Shown piece after piece: positions 17,496 through 25,530 of a DNA stretch of 26,778 nt. The notes under the pieces are model-generated. The model had not been told where the DNA came from and did no database searches. It was given only the letters and a program-made list of their open reading frames with translations. Position 1 is the first letter of the stretch. Each line of letters starts with the position of its first letter. A program made the position numbers and the translations under genes. This DNA comes from a virus (Duplodnaviria; Caudoviricetes): the IMG/VR virus record IMGVR_UViG_3300010354_000522, positions 1-26,778 of that record. One strand, given 5' to 3'.

Positions 17496-18005
17496 ATGAG
17501 CGAAATATCCAATAACTCGCCATCCAACTATGTACACGAAGAGGTAAGGCTGCGAATAGCCGGAAGAGAGATAGTTGAGAATGCGCGACGCATTTTTGAA
17601 CTATGCGAAATGCTTGGCATAGATCCGGATTCAGTTTCTGAAGATTGGAAAAAAGAAGATATTGGCATAGTCCAGGAAGTCGTAGACAATACTCCGGTTA
17701 TAAAAGCGGCAGAATATGACGGACTCCCAATATTCTTTACATCTAGAGCCGTAGCTACAGGTGGCGATAAGCTAGAGAGACTTAAGCCTTTTGCTGAAAT
17801 GCTCGAGTATCACATTAAAAAACATGTGATATTGCTAAAAAAATCAGAACAAATAAAAGAAGAAAAAGAAAATTCCACAAGAAGCTGGATTACAAATGGG
17901 CACTTTCACTGGTGCTCAAATTGCAATCAGGTTTTTGGTTGCGACTCTCCAAATCAAGACGGAAAAGTGAGTTGCACATTTTGTGGAGAATATGGGCAGT
18001 TTTGA
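17496..18005 (+). CDS. Hypothetical protein (IDP family, copy 2) with C-terminal Zn-ribbon-like CxxC...CxxC
   Basis: Motifs: IFELCEMLGIDPD...W, MLEYHIKK and CSNC...CTFC. ATG 17496 is preferred over TTG 17490. Confidence 0.72.
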   Translation: MSEISNNSPSNYVHEEVRLRIAGREIVENARRIFELCEMLGIDPDSVSEDWKKEDIGIVQEVVDNTPVIKAAEYDGLPIFFTSRAVATGGDKLERLKPFAEMLEYHIKKHVILLKKSEQIKEEKENSTRSWITNGHFHWCSNCNQVFGCDSPNQDGKVSCTFCGEYGQF

Positions 18006-18019
18006 GAAGGTAGATAAAA

Positions 18020-18253
18020 ATGGCATTATCTGAGAATCAGGTTTCCAGAGCAAAAAATGAAGCTTTACAGTATTTGGAGTACTCCAGTTACATGCTCTGC
18101 CTCATGCTGGGCATTGACCCAGAAAATATAGATAATGAAATAGATCTTGATGTCCCAAGCACGGGCTCATATACGCCAGATAATGTTTTGCAGCTCAAAT
18201 CTGCCATTGATTGCCTTAAGAGACAAGTAGAAGTCATAGAAAGTATTGTTTGA
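18020..18253 (+). CDS. Hypothetical small helical protein (IDP family, copy 3)
   Basis: YMLCLMLGIDPE motif and operon-like spacing. Confidence 0.72.
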   Translation: MALSENQVSRAKNEALQYLEYSSYMLCLMLGIDPENIDNEIDLDVPSTGSYTPDNVLQLKSAIDCLKRQVEVIESIV

Positions 18254-18588
18254 TGAAGATCTCAAAAGAGATTTTTGAAATTGCATCAGGGGCAAAAAAG
18301 TTAGAAGAAGCTGCCCAATTAAACGGGATGTTCATAACTGCATATAACAGCAATCTTGGAATATCAAGATCAAAAACTAGTATTTCGCCAGCTGGCAAGG
18401 TTTTCTCCCCGGAACCAGCAATAGACAGAACTGATGACACAATTTCCTGGAATAGCTCGGTTAACTGTCCAGTATTTTCATCTGACAATTACATAATTCG
18501 ATGCCCAATGTACTCTGAGTCAAATAATTCAATAAATCAATCAAGTGAACCAATTTATTACTTAATCCTAGAGAGTGCGAGGGGGTAG
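18253..18588 (+). CDS. Hypothetical protein
   Basis: TGATG stop/start overlap with the upstream gene. No recognisable motif. Confidence 0.6.
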   Translation: MKISKEIFEIASGAKKLEEAAQLNGMFITAYNSNLGISRSKTSISPAGKVFSPEPAIDRTDDTISWNSSVNCPVFSSDNYIIRCPMYSESNNSINQSSEPIYYLILESARG

Positions 18589-18594
18589 AGATTT

Positions 18595-18930
18595 ATGCCC
18601 ATAAGAAACTCTTGGGAAACTGAAAATAAAACATTTTCAGTGGAAAATGCAATAGATGAAATAGAAGTAGAAATGTCTGCAATAATGTTCATCTCTGGTA
18701 TGGATGGCAGCCTTGTCGGTGAATATGAAATAGAAGAAATGATTTCTGAACTCAAAAAATCATTTCCAGTCCTAAGGCAGTCAATCGAAGTCGATAGCGT
18801 AGTATCTGGCATAAAGCCTGGCTACGAATTTTATATAAATAAGAACTTCCAAAAGCTTAGTCTTCTTCTTAGGCGCAATAATCGCTGGTTGAAAATAGCT
18901 AAATATATAAGGTCTGATCAAAATGGCTAG
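18595..18930 (+). CDS. Hypothetical protein
   Basis: Tightly packed in the operon. EMSAIMFISGMDG weakly resembles the IDP-family motif. Confidence 0.62.
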   Translation: MPIRNSWETENKTFSVENAIDEIEVEMSAIMFISGMDGSLVGEYEIEEMISELKKSFPVLRQSIEVDSVVSGIKPGYEFYINKNFQKLSLLLRRNNRWLKIAKYIRSDQNG

Positions 18931-19693
18931 AGGTTGGGTCGATAGGGCCCGGATATCCAGAAGGCTCTCTAGAGCTGGTCTTGAAGAATCTTTTTCTGCG
19001 GAAATTCAAGATCTATCTGACTACGCTAAAAAAATAAAAGAATTCCATGAATTGGCTGCCGTGGATAGAAGGGCAGTTGCTGTTGGCACAGACCTGGAGG
19101 CCCACTGGCACGAAGCGATGATTTCCGTCAATGACGATTTGGCTCATGTCATTTGGCAGAACATATCTCAAGTAAAAATGTGGTACGACCTGCTGATACC
19201 AGGTGGTACTGCTGAAAATCCGCAAAAAGTTCTGACATACATGCAATTCCCATGGTCTTTTATGATGGATTACATGTCTGAAAGAACAAAAGAATTTACA
19301 TTCATAAATAATATTGATTTATATTATTTTGAAAAATTCTACCTTACTGAACAAAAACTCTCGGAATATCCAAATATCAGATATTCCGCAATCGACTCTG
19401 CTGACATAACATCTGGCGGATCGGCGTATTCTTACGACATGGTTAGAGCGACTGGTTTCGGCATAAACAGACCATCAATGAGGGTCCTTGAATCACTAAT
19501 GGATTCTGTAAAGGTTGGCGGGACGTTCATTCTTTCTGATTCATCGGATTACGGAATGCTCTATATGACAGCAGATTCAGAGATAACTTCCGAGTTTTTG
19601 GATTATGGGAAATACATAGCCAGCAGGGGCGATTTCATTTCATACCACCTGCCATATGATGTAGGATTAACTGTCACGAAGAGGATTAGTTAA
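18923..19693 (+). CDS. Class I SAM-dependent O-methyltransferase-like fold, motif I degenerate
   Basis: PQKVL (compare PKRILEIG), YDMV, MDSVKVGGTFILSD and terminal HLPYDVGLTVTKR resemble CCoAOMT-type O-methyltransferases. The glycine-rich SAM motif is missing. Confidence 0.5.
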   Translation: MARGWVDRARISRRLSRAGLEESFSAEIQDLSDYAKKIKEFHELAAVDRRAVAVGTDLEAHWHEAMISVNDDLAHVIWQNISQVKMWYDLLIPGGTAENPQKVLTYMQFPWSFMMDYMSERTKEFTFINNIDLYYFEKFYLTEQKLSEYPNIRYSAIDSADITSGGSAYSYDMVRATGFGINRPSMRVLESLMDSVKVGGTFILSDSSDYGMLYMTADSEITSEFLDYGKYIASRGDFISYHLPYDVGLTVTKRIS

Positions 19694-19713
19694 CTTCCAA
19701 CACAGAGGCAAAA

Positions 19714-20688
19714 ATGAAGCTAGACATAAAGCACCTAGAGATCCCCAAATTGGGTCCAACTGGTTGTGAGGAAATAAACAAAATTGAGTATGTCAATCAC
19801 GGAACTGGCGTTATGCAGTTCAAGTCCGTCATTGATGTGCCGCAGTCAAAAATATTGCCATACATAGACGAGTACTCCTATGTGCCAAGTTGCGGTCTGG
19901 AGATCTATGAGGAAAATGGTGTAAAAAAAGCTCGAGACTTTGAGGGGAACGAGCAGCCATACGAGAACTTACTAGCACTTCCATTGAGGCTGGGTGGATT
20001 TGGAATGCCAGGCCCAGTAGAAGACTATACAGATCCAGACATTGTTAAATTTTTTAATGACTGTGAGCGCGCCCTTTATCTGTGTCTAATGAGATATATA
20101 GACATACATCCATTGATACTTAACACAATTTGGTGGAAAGGCCGTGGTCATGTTCTCAAGTACCTTCCGGGAGCATCTCTCGGAATGCATAACGATAATG
20201 ATACAAACTTCAGAGTAATAGACGGACAGAGGTACTTCTCACAAAGAGAAGTGGCTATGTATCAAGTGGTAAATGCCATAATCTACTTCAACGACTCATA
20301 CGACGGCGGAGAGTTTAGATTCCCCTATGCAGACGTGACCCTCAAGCCGAATACTGGTGACATAGTATTTTTCCCGGCAAATTACATAGGCACTCATGCT
20401 GTTGCGCCAATAAGAAGTGGAGAGAGGTATACGTATCTCGCCCAATTTGGTCATGGCGTTGCAAAGAATGATGAGGTAAGAGAAGCGCAGGAGAGCGTAG
20501 ATTGGCTTCCTCCTGTTTATCTTCCATTTGTTTACCAAGATGCAGAGAAGTTCTCTAAGTCTGGTTATTCACATTTCGATGACTCAACTGAGCGCGCATT
20601 GGGTCTTCACAATAATACGGTTATATCACAATGCAGATCAGTTGAAGGTGCCCCTACTGGGACAAAAATTCCATATGAAGAGGATTAA
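19714..20688 (+). CDS. Fe(II)/2OG dioxygenase, prolyl-4-hydroxylase-like
   Basis: Motifs: MHND, IIYFNDSYDGGEFRF and KPNTGDIVFFPANYIGTHAVAPIRSGERY. Confidence 0.9.
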   Translation: MKLDIKHLEIPKLGPTGCEEINKIEYVNHGTGVMQFKSVIDVPQSKILPYIDEYSYVPSCGLEIYEENGVKKARDFEGNEQPYENLLALPLRLGGFGMPGPVEDYTDPDIVKFFNDCERALYLCLMRYIDIHPLILNTIWWKGRGHVLKYLPGASLGMHNDNDTNFRVIDGQRYFSQREVAMYQVVNAIIYFNDSYDGGEFRFPYADVTLKPNTGDIVFFPANYIGTHAVAPIRSGERYTYLAQFGHGVAKNDEVREAQESVDWLPPVYLPFVYQDAEKFSKSGYSHFDDSTERALGLHNNTVISQCRSVEGAPTGTKIPYEED

Positions 20689-21649
20689 ATCGTCAGACCA
20701 ATACATTGTTAAATACCCTGGACTTCTAGAAGTTTCAAAAAATTCTAGCAAGTATGCAGAAATATTAAAGACTCACGGAATTCTTTGTTTTAGAGAGGCA
20801 AATCTTGGTGATGAAACATCAATAGATGTACTGACCGAGATTTCAAATCATTTTCACTGGACGCCAACATACAGTAAACAAAACGGAAGAGTTTCCAACT
20901 GGAAATACACTCAGCATTACGATGACAGAGTAGGCGAAGACAAAGAATTCAAACCGCTGGTCTCCTCCACAAAACTCGTCAATCCATGGCATTTAGAGGG
21001 GATGTACAAAAAACATACCCAACACGCTGCGGGCTGGAATATGAGAAACTTTAAGTGCTCAAGCAGTGTTGGGCAGACTGGTTTCATAGATGCTTCTGAG
21101 CTTGTTGAAAAAATGCCTAGGGATATGTATTCATTCTTAAAAGTATCAAAATTGATGCATTACCCAATATTTGTAACAGAAAGGCCTGATCCGGATGAAA
21201 TGACATCTCATTTCATGAAAATGGTCTCGCTCTTGCAGTCAGAAATATGGTCCAAGGATGGACATATGGAGATAGCAAGTAATGCCCATAGTGCGATACA
21301 GCAACATCCGCTAATGGGATATGAGGTTCTTAGGCTGTGTCCGTGTGTTGAGCAATGGGGCAATCAGCATATTCTTTTTTCGGTTAATGGGGAAAAGCCA
21401 TCTATTGACGATAATCAATTTTTTAAATCAATACAAGAGTGGTTAACCATCCAGATAGGGTCAGGGGAAAATATATGGCTCCACGAGTGGGAGCAGGGTG
21501 ATTTTCTAATTCCAGATTTATTTATAATGATTCACGCAGCGAGAGCTGGATTTTCTTCTGGGGAAAGAGAATTTGATGGTTTCTGGTGCTTTGAATCAGG
21601 TATAGACTACAGCGATGAAAGTTGGCATTTCAGGAAGGCTAAACCGTAA
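20675..21649 (+). CDS. TauD/TfdA-like Fe(II)/2OG dioxygenase (HxE variant)
   Basis: Motifs: HGILCFR, PWHLE, FKCSSSVGQTGFID, HSAIQQHP and HEWEQGDFLIPD...IHA...GER. ATG 20675 is preferred over TTG 20528. Confidence 0.78.
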   Translation: MKRIKSSDQYIVKYPGLLEVSKNSSKYAEILKTHGILCFREANLGDETSIDVLTEISNHFHWTPTYSKQNGRVSNWKYTQHYDDRVGEDKEFKPLVSSTKLVNPWHLEGMYKKHTQHAAGWNMRNFKCSSSVGQTGFIDASELVEKMPRDMYSFLKVSKLMHYPIFVTERPDPDEMTSHFMKMVSLLQSEIWSKDGHMEIASNAHSAIQQHPLMGYEVLRLCPCVEQWGNQHILFSVNGEKPSIDDNQFFKSIQEWLTIQIGSGENIWLHEWEQGDFLIPDLFIMIHAARAGFSSGEREFDGFWCFESGIDYSDESWHFRKAKP

Positions 21650-21903
21650 TGGAACTCAGTCCACAGACAATAATTGACGAGCTGCTCAAGAAGGTAAATA
21701 CTTTGACAGCAGAGAATATAATTCTCTCTGCTCAAGTAAAGACGCTAGGCGACAAAATGGCTGGATTCTCAGCCGTATCGCCTTCAGGTGTGATGGCGGA
21801 GACAATAAGCAGTCAGGGTAAATATGAAGAGGCTGTTTCGCAAGGTAGAATTGGTGCACCGCAGATTATAGAAGATCCGGCCAGGCCAATCGAAGAAGAA
21901 TAA
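21649..21903 (+). CDS. Small hypothetical coiled-coil protein
   Basis: Heptad-like IIDELLKKVNTLTAENIILSAQVKTL. TAATG overlap with the upstream gene. Confidence 0.65.
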   Translation: MELSPQTIIDELLKKVNTLTAENIILSAQVKTLGDKMAGFSAVSPSGVMAETISSQGKYEEAVSQGRIGAPQIIEDPARPIEEE

Positions 21904-22122
21904 CTACCACTTGCCCAATGGGCAAACTGCTTCAGCAAGTTTTACCTTTAGCTTCATGAAGCAGCCGCATTCACGGCACTGCTTGGTTATATTTGTCAGC
22001 CTATCGCAGTCTTCGCATATTGAGTAACGTTCTCGTTCTGTTGACTTATTTACAAATTCCGTATCTGATTTCAGAAGGTCAACTGGCGAAACATTTTTTC
22101 CAGTAGTTCTTTTGAATTTCAT
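21904..22122 (-). CDS. Small Cys-rich putative metal-binding protein (DUF6171-like)
   Basis: RYSICEDC...QCRECGCFMKLKVKL...CPLGKW contains six Cys. Confidence 0.7.
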   Translation of the reverse strand: MKFKRTTGKNVSPVDLLKSDTEFVNKSTERERYSICEDCDRLTNITKQCRECGCFMKLKVKLAEAVCPLGKW

Positions 22123-22523
22123 TGTGGTTGCGGTCTAAATAGAACCCAGGAAACAGTTTCTTCATCCCAGTAATATCTTTGGTTAATAACATATTCTCCA
22201 TACTCTTCTGGCCAATCAGATTCAGAGATCAAAGATGGATATTGAATTGGCGGAGCCCATGATCCATCATCTTGCAAAACCCATGAAGGGTAATGGTCGG
22301 GGTTTTTATCTATGAAACAATCTGCTTCAGGATTATATGTACCGCCAATCATTGCATATCTTTTTTCCGGTACGTCTTTGAAAGTTTGAACTATCCGACT
22401 ATGTCCAAGGATATAAATTAGAGAATTTAACTCTGATTCATAATCGCTTTCAGTTTCTCCGCCTAATATATTTACGACAATATTATTTTCATCTAGTTCT
22501 GCAAAATAAAAAGAGTTCATCAC
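22119..22523 (-). CDS. Phage protein typically encoded after Gly-rich fibre genes (putative fibre assembly chaperone)
   Basis: Pattern FAELDENNIVVN...QT...YAMIGGTY...D.FI...YPSW.L...W.PP..YP...YYWDE...W. The start is GTG 22523 or ATG 22520. The chaperone role is inferred from position. Confidence 0.65.
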   Translation of the reverse strand: MMNSFYFAELDENNIVVNILGGETESDYESELNSLIYILGHSRIVQTFKDVPEKRYAMIGGTYNPEADCFIDKNPDHYPSWVLQDDGSWAPPIQYPSLISESDWPEEYGEYVINQRYYWDEETVSWVLFRPQPQ

Positions 22524-24361
22524 GGATCAGCTAAGCTCCCTCCATCGCGGTGCGGTCCGGTGTATGTTATTACAAAAAGACCAGCGTTGCCACCCGATGC
22601 GTTGTTGTTATCGAAGCCACCTTGCCCACCGGCGCCAACGGAAGTAGATGATCCACCAGCCCCCCACGATCCATATCCAGCTCCCCCATAGGGTGCTAGA
22701 TTGAAATAACCCGGCCCGCCAGGCCCAACACCGAAATATGATGATCCGCCATTTATGTCAGTTGCCGCACCACCAGCACCGCCACCGCCGCCACCATAGC
22801 TTAGATTTCCGACATATCCATAATAGTAATTACCGCCACCACGCGGAGATGCTCCACCCTGGGCACCAGCTGCCGGGGTTCCGCCCTCTGCTGAAACCGT
22901 TCCCGCAGAGTATGTGAAAGACGTAGTTCCACCGTATCCATTAACACCACCTGGCCCGCCTCTTGTTGCAGCAATATTATTATTTGAAGTTATCCCCGAT
23001 GATGTTACGTAACGTCCGCCGCCACCACCACCAGCTCCATAACCCGAATTGCTAGTTCCACCACCACCACCGCCAGCGAGATCAACAGATATTGATGTTA
23101 TGTCTACGCCATAAGACGGTTTAGTTACGTGCATTGATGATATATTGTTATTAGTTGAATTATATGTATAAGTCCCATATGTATTAAAGTCAACTGCTGT
23201 TCCATTGAAAACAGATATTGTTGGGCTGAGTGTACCAGTTTTGGTAACTGTCGCCCCACCCCTATAACTCACAGTTATTCTGTAATATACTGTAGTAACT
23301 ATTCCTAGCGCAAGTGACCATGTAGTTGATTGTTCAGAATTGCTAGCTCCGATATTAACGGACAAATTTCCACCAGATGTTGCGCTGTTGTTGTATAGAC
23401 CAGACCCAGTATCCCATCCAACGCTAACGGTTGCAGTACTTCCATTTGGTGTTACTTTTGTTGTTATGCTATTCGATGCTCCTGTATTCGTAACCAGCAC
23501 TCTCCATGAATGTGCTGTTTTTGCAGCAAGCCCACTGAGTGAACTTCCTGATGGAGTTACTGCAGTTCCACTAATTCTTTCGTAACCGGCAAATGCGGCA
23601 CCAGATCCAAGTGAATAGCCAAGGGTTGCCGTCGTAGTGCTAACTCCAGAAACTGAAGTTGTGCTTGTTCCTGGCGTTGTAGCGGTAGATGATTTTGTTT
23701 CTGTTCCAAAAGATGGAGGAGCATACGGAGCATCATTTGCAGACAATGAATTAAGACTTTGTCCAGCAGCATTTTGTGCACGAACCCTAAAGTAGTAAGT
23801 AGTGCCATTTGTTAAACCGCTAACAGTTCTTGACGTACTCGTGCTACCAGTATTTATTGTCGTAACACCGCTAGAAAAGTTCAAAACTGTCGAGTAGTCA
23901 ATATAGTAATTTGTTATTGCGCTACCACCTGTATTTGCTGCACCAGATGGAGCGGTCCATGAAACAACTACTTCACCTGAAGTTGCGTTTGCTGAAGCAG
24001 AAACGCTAGTTGGTGCTGCTGGAACTGTAAATGGAGTTACTGAGCCAGTAGTTGCTGCAGCTGAAGTGATGCCAGAACCAGACTGCTTGACTATGGAAAA
24101 TGTATAAGCTGTTCCAGCAGTTAACGTTCCAGCTGAAAATGCTATTGGCGAACTAGCAGCCGATGCTGTCACGCTGCCAGGATTTGATGTTGCAACATAG
24201 TTGCCAGAAGGTTTACCAGGGTTTGTTGATGCAGTGAATGAAACAGATACTGCTCCAGCAGTTCCATTGACAGTCCCAGCAGATGCGGAAGCAGATACCG
24301 ATGTCGGCGGCGTTGGCAGTCTTGCGCTAGCTCCTGGCTGAGATATGGGAAATGCTGGCAT
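22520..24361 (-). CDS. Fibronectin type III repeat plus glycine-rich C-terminal protein; putative fibre tip adhesin
   Basis: Fn3 motifs: P.PPTSVSA...VSF, LTAGTAYTF, PAAPTSVSA...VSWTAP and VSGLTNGTTYYFRVRAQNAAG. The C-terminus has AGGGGGG/GAGGGGGG Gly-rich motifs ending GGNAGLFVITY. Confidence 0.82.
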   Translation of the reverse strand: MPAFPISQPGASARLPTPPTSVSASASAGTVNGTAGAVSVSFTASTNPGKPSGNYVATSNPGSVTASAASSPIAFSAGTLTAGTAYTFSIVKQSGSGITSAAATTGSVTPFTVPAAPTSVSASANATSGEVVVSWTAPSGAANTGGSAITNYYIDYSTVLNFSSGVTTINTGSTSTSRTVSGLTNGTTYYFRVRAQNAAGQSLNSLSANDAPYAPPSFGTETKSSTATTPGTSTTSVSGVSTTTATLGYSLGSGAAFAGYERISGTAVTPSGSSLSGLAAKTAHSWRVLVTNTGASNSITTKVTPNGSTATVSVGWDTGSGLYNNSATSGGNLSVNIGASNSEQSTTWSLALGIVTTVYYRITVSYRGGATVTKTGTLSPTISVFNGTAVDFNTYGTYTYNSTNNNISSMHVTKPSYGVDITSISVDLAGGGGGGTSNSGYGAGGGGGGRYVTSSGITSNNNIAATRGGPGGVNGYGGTTSFTYSAGTVSAEGGTPAAGAQGGASPRGGGNYYYGYVGNLSYGGGGGGAGGAATDINGGSSYFGVGPGGPGYFNLAPYGGAGYGSWGAGGSSTSVGAGGQGGFDNNNASGGNAGLFVITYTGPHRDGGSLADP

Positions 24362-24363
24362 GA

Positions 24364-25464
24364 TTAAGCCTTCAGGTCACCAATAACGTACCAGTCGTTG
24401 GTGCCGCGATTTATCAATGTGACGCTCGAATATTGAGTTCTTAGAACAGCAACTGTTGATGAAGCAAGTGGAGTGCCGCGAAGTGTTTGCCCTGGGAATG
24501 ATACAGAAGCAGATCCAGTGCTCATCTGCATAATTGTAACTTGTGAACCTATTGTCCATCCAGTGCCAGTTACAAATACAGTTCCCGCAGTGGACGAGTC
24601 AGTTTCTATAAATCTTCCATCACTTGCTGCTGTTATTGATGCACTGTTTGCGACGCTTGCTGTAGTTATGTGGCCCACAACATTCCCGGTAACAGATACG
24701 GATCCGCCAACGGATGCATTTCCTACAGCCGTAAATGCACCAGCAACCGATGCAGCACCAGATATTGCCGCACTTCCGCTCACTGAAAGGATGTCGTCAA
24801 TAGTTACTGTGCCACCGGCTGAATCAAGGATTAAATTTCCACTTGATGTATCAATTTCGCCAGCTGCAGTTATTCCAATCTGAACGGCATCCAGTGTTGC
24901 ACCAGCAAATGTTGGATTTGCAGCCGTATGTATATTTTGAGGTAGCGACAACGTAACGGCTGCAGTTTCTGTACCAGATCCGGAAACTGTAATTTGATTT
25001 GTTGTACCAGCGACTGTGGCAACATAGTTTCCAGTTGTGTCAGTGCCCAGGGCAATTCCGTTGCTACTTACGGTTATTACGCCAGTATCACTAATAGTTG
25101 CGTCACCAGAAAGTGTTACATATGTAGGAACACCGCTGCTGTTACAAACTATTATTTGCCCAGAAGCCCCATCGATAAGTCTATTAAGTTCTAGGATCCC
25201 CTCGGAAACCTGTGAGCTTTGGGAAACTGCGAACTGCGACGAGTCAACCCACTGGGTGCCATCATAAAACTGTATAAGGTTTGACGCCTTGATATAGCAA
25301 ACCCTTCCCTCGGAAAGGGTTGGTTCACCAGATCCACCAAATGCTGCGTCTCTTGCTGCCGTAGTATCGAATACGCAGACAGCCTGGTCCATGAGGTAAC
25401 CATTTACCTCATCTGCTGTTAGCGTTTCGCCGCTAACAAATTTTTTTATTCCTAAACCAGACAT
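24364..25464 (-). CDS. Phage tail fibre / minor tail protein
   Basis: AAGGAG RBS at 25470-25475. N-terminal KKFVSGETLTADEVNGYLM...ARDAA...EG..CY...YDG..W anchor-like domain. The GQIIV...GVPTY...IALGTDTTGNY repeat and C-terminal LRTQYS...WYVIGDLKA are shared with the left fibre. Confidence 0.82.
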   Translation of the reverse strand: MSGLGIKKFVSGETLTADEVNGYLMDQAVCVFDTTAARDAAFGGSGEPTLSEGRVCYIKASNLIQFYDGTQWVDSSQFAVSQSSQVSEGILELNRLIDGASGQIIVCNSSGVPTYVTLSGDATISDTGVITVSSNGIALGTDTTGNYVATVAGTTNQITVSGSGTETAAVTLSLPQNIHTAANPTFAGATLDAVQIGITAAGEIDTSSGNLILDSAGGTVTIDDILSVSGSAAISGAASVAGAFTAVGNASVGGSVSVTGNVVGHITTASVANSASITAASDGRFIETDSSTAGTVFVTGTGWTIGSQVTIMQMSTGSASVSFPGQTLRGTPLASSTVAVLRTQYSSVTLINRGTNDWYVIGDLKA

Positions 25465-25485
25465 TTGCGCTCCTTGATATCTATG

Positions 25486-25494
25486 ATTTTATCA
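25486..25494 (-). promoter_or_regulatory. Putative extended -10 promoter (TGATAAAAT)
   Basis: TGnTAnnnT match in the AT-rich gap upstream of the RBS and ATG of 24364..25464. Confidence 0.45.
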
Positions 25495-25530
25495 TTTATA
25501 TAATGTGTAAAAAAATATGATAAGTATTTA

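Noticed and set aside
5341-21649. Oxygenases as TET/JBP or AlkB DNA-modifying enzymes
   Set aside because: The motifs (Y.ND.Y.GGE..F, KP..G....FP, H.V..V..G.R/K and WDN...H) fit P4H-like and TauD families, and no nucleotide-metabolism genes are adjacent. It is not fully excluded without searches.
4446-21903. Cellular secondary-metabolite cluster (NRPS/PKS or classical RiPP)
   Set aside because: No synthetase, transporter, regulator or protease is seen, and the island is flanked on both sides by phage structural genes.
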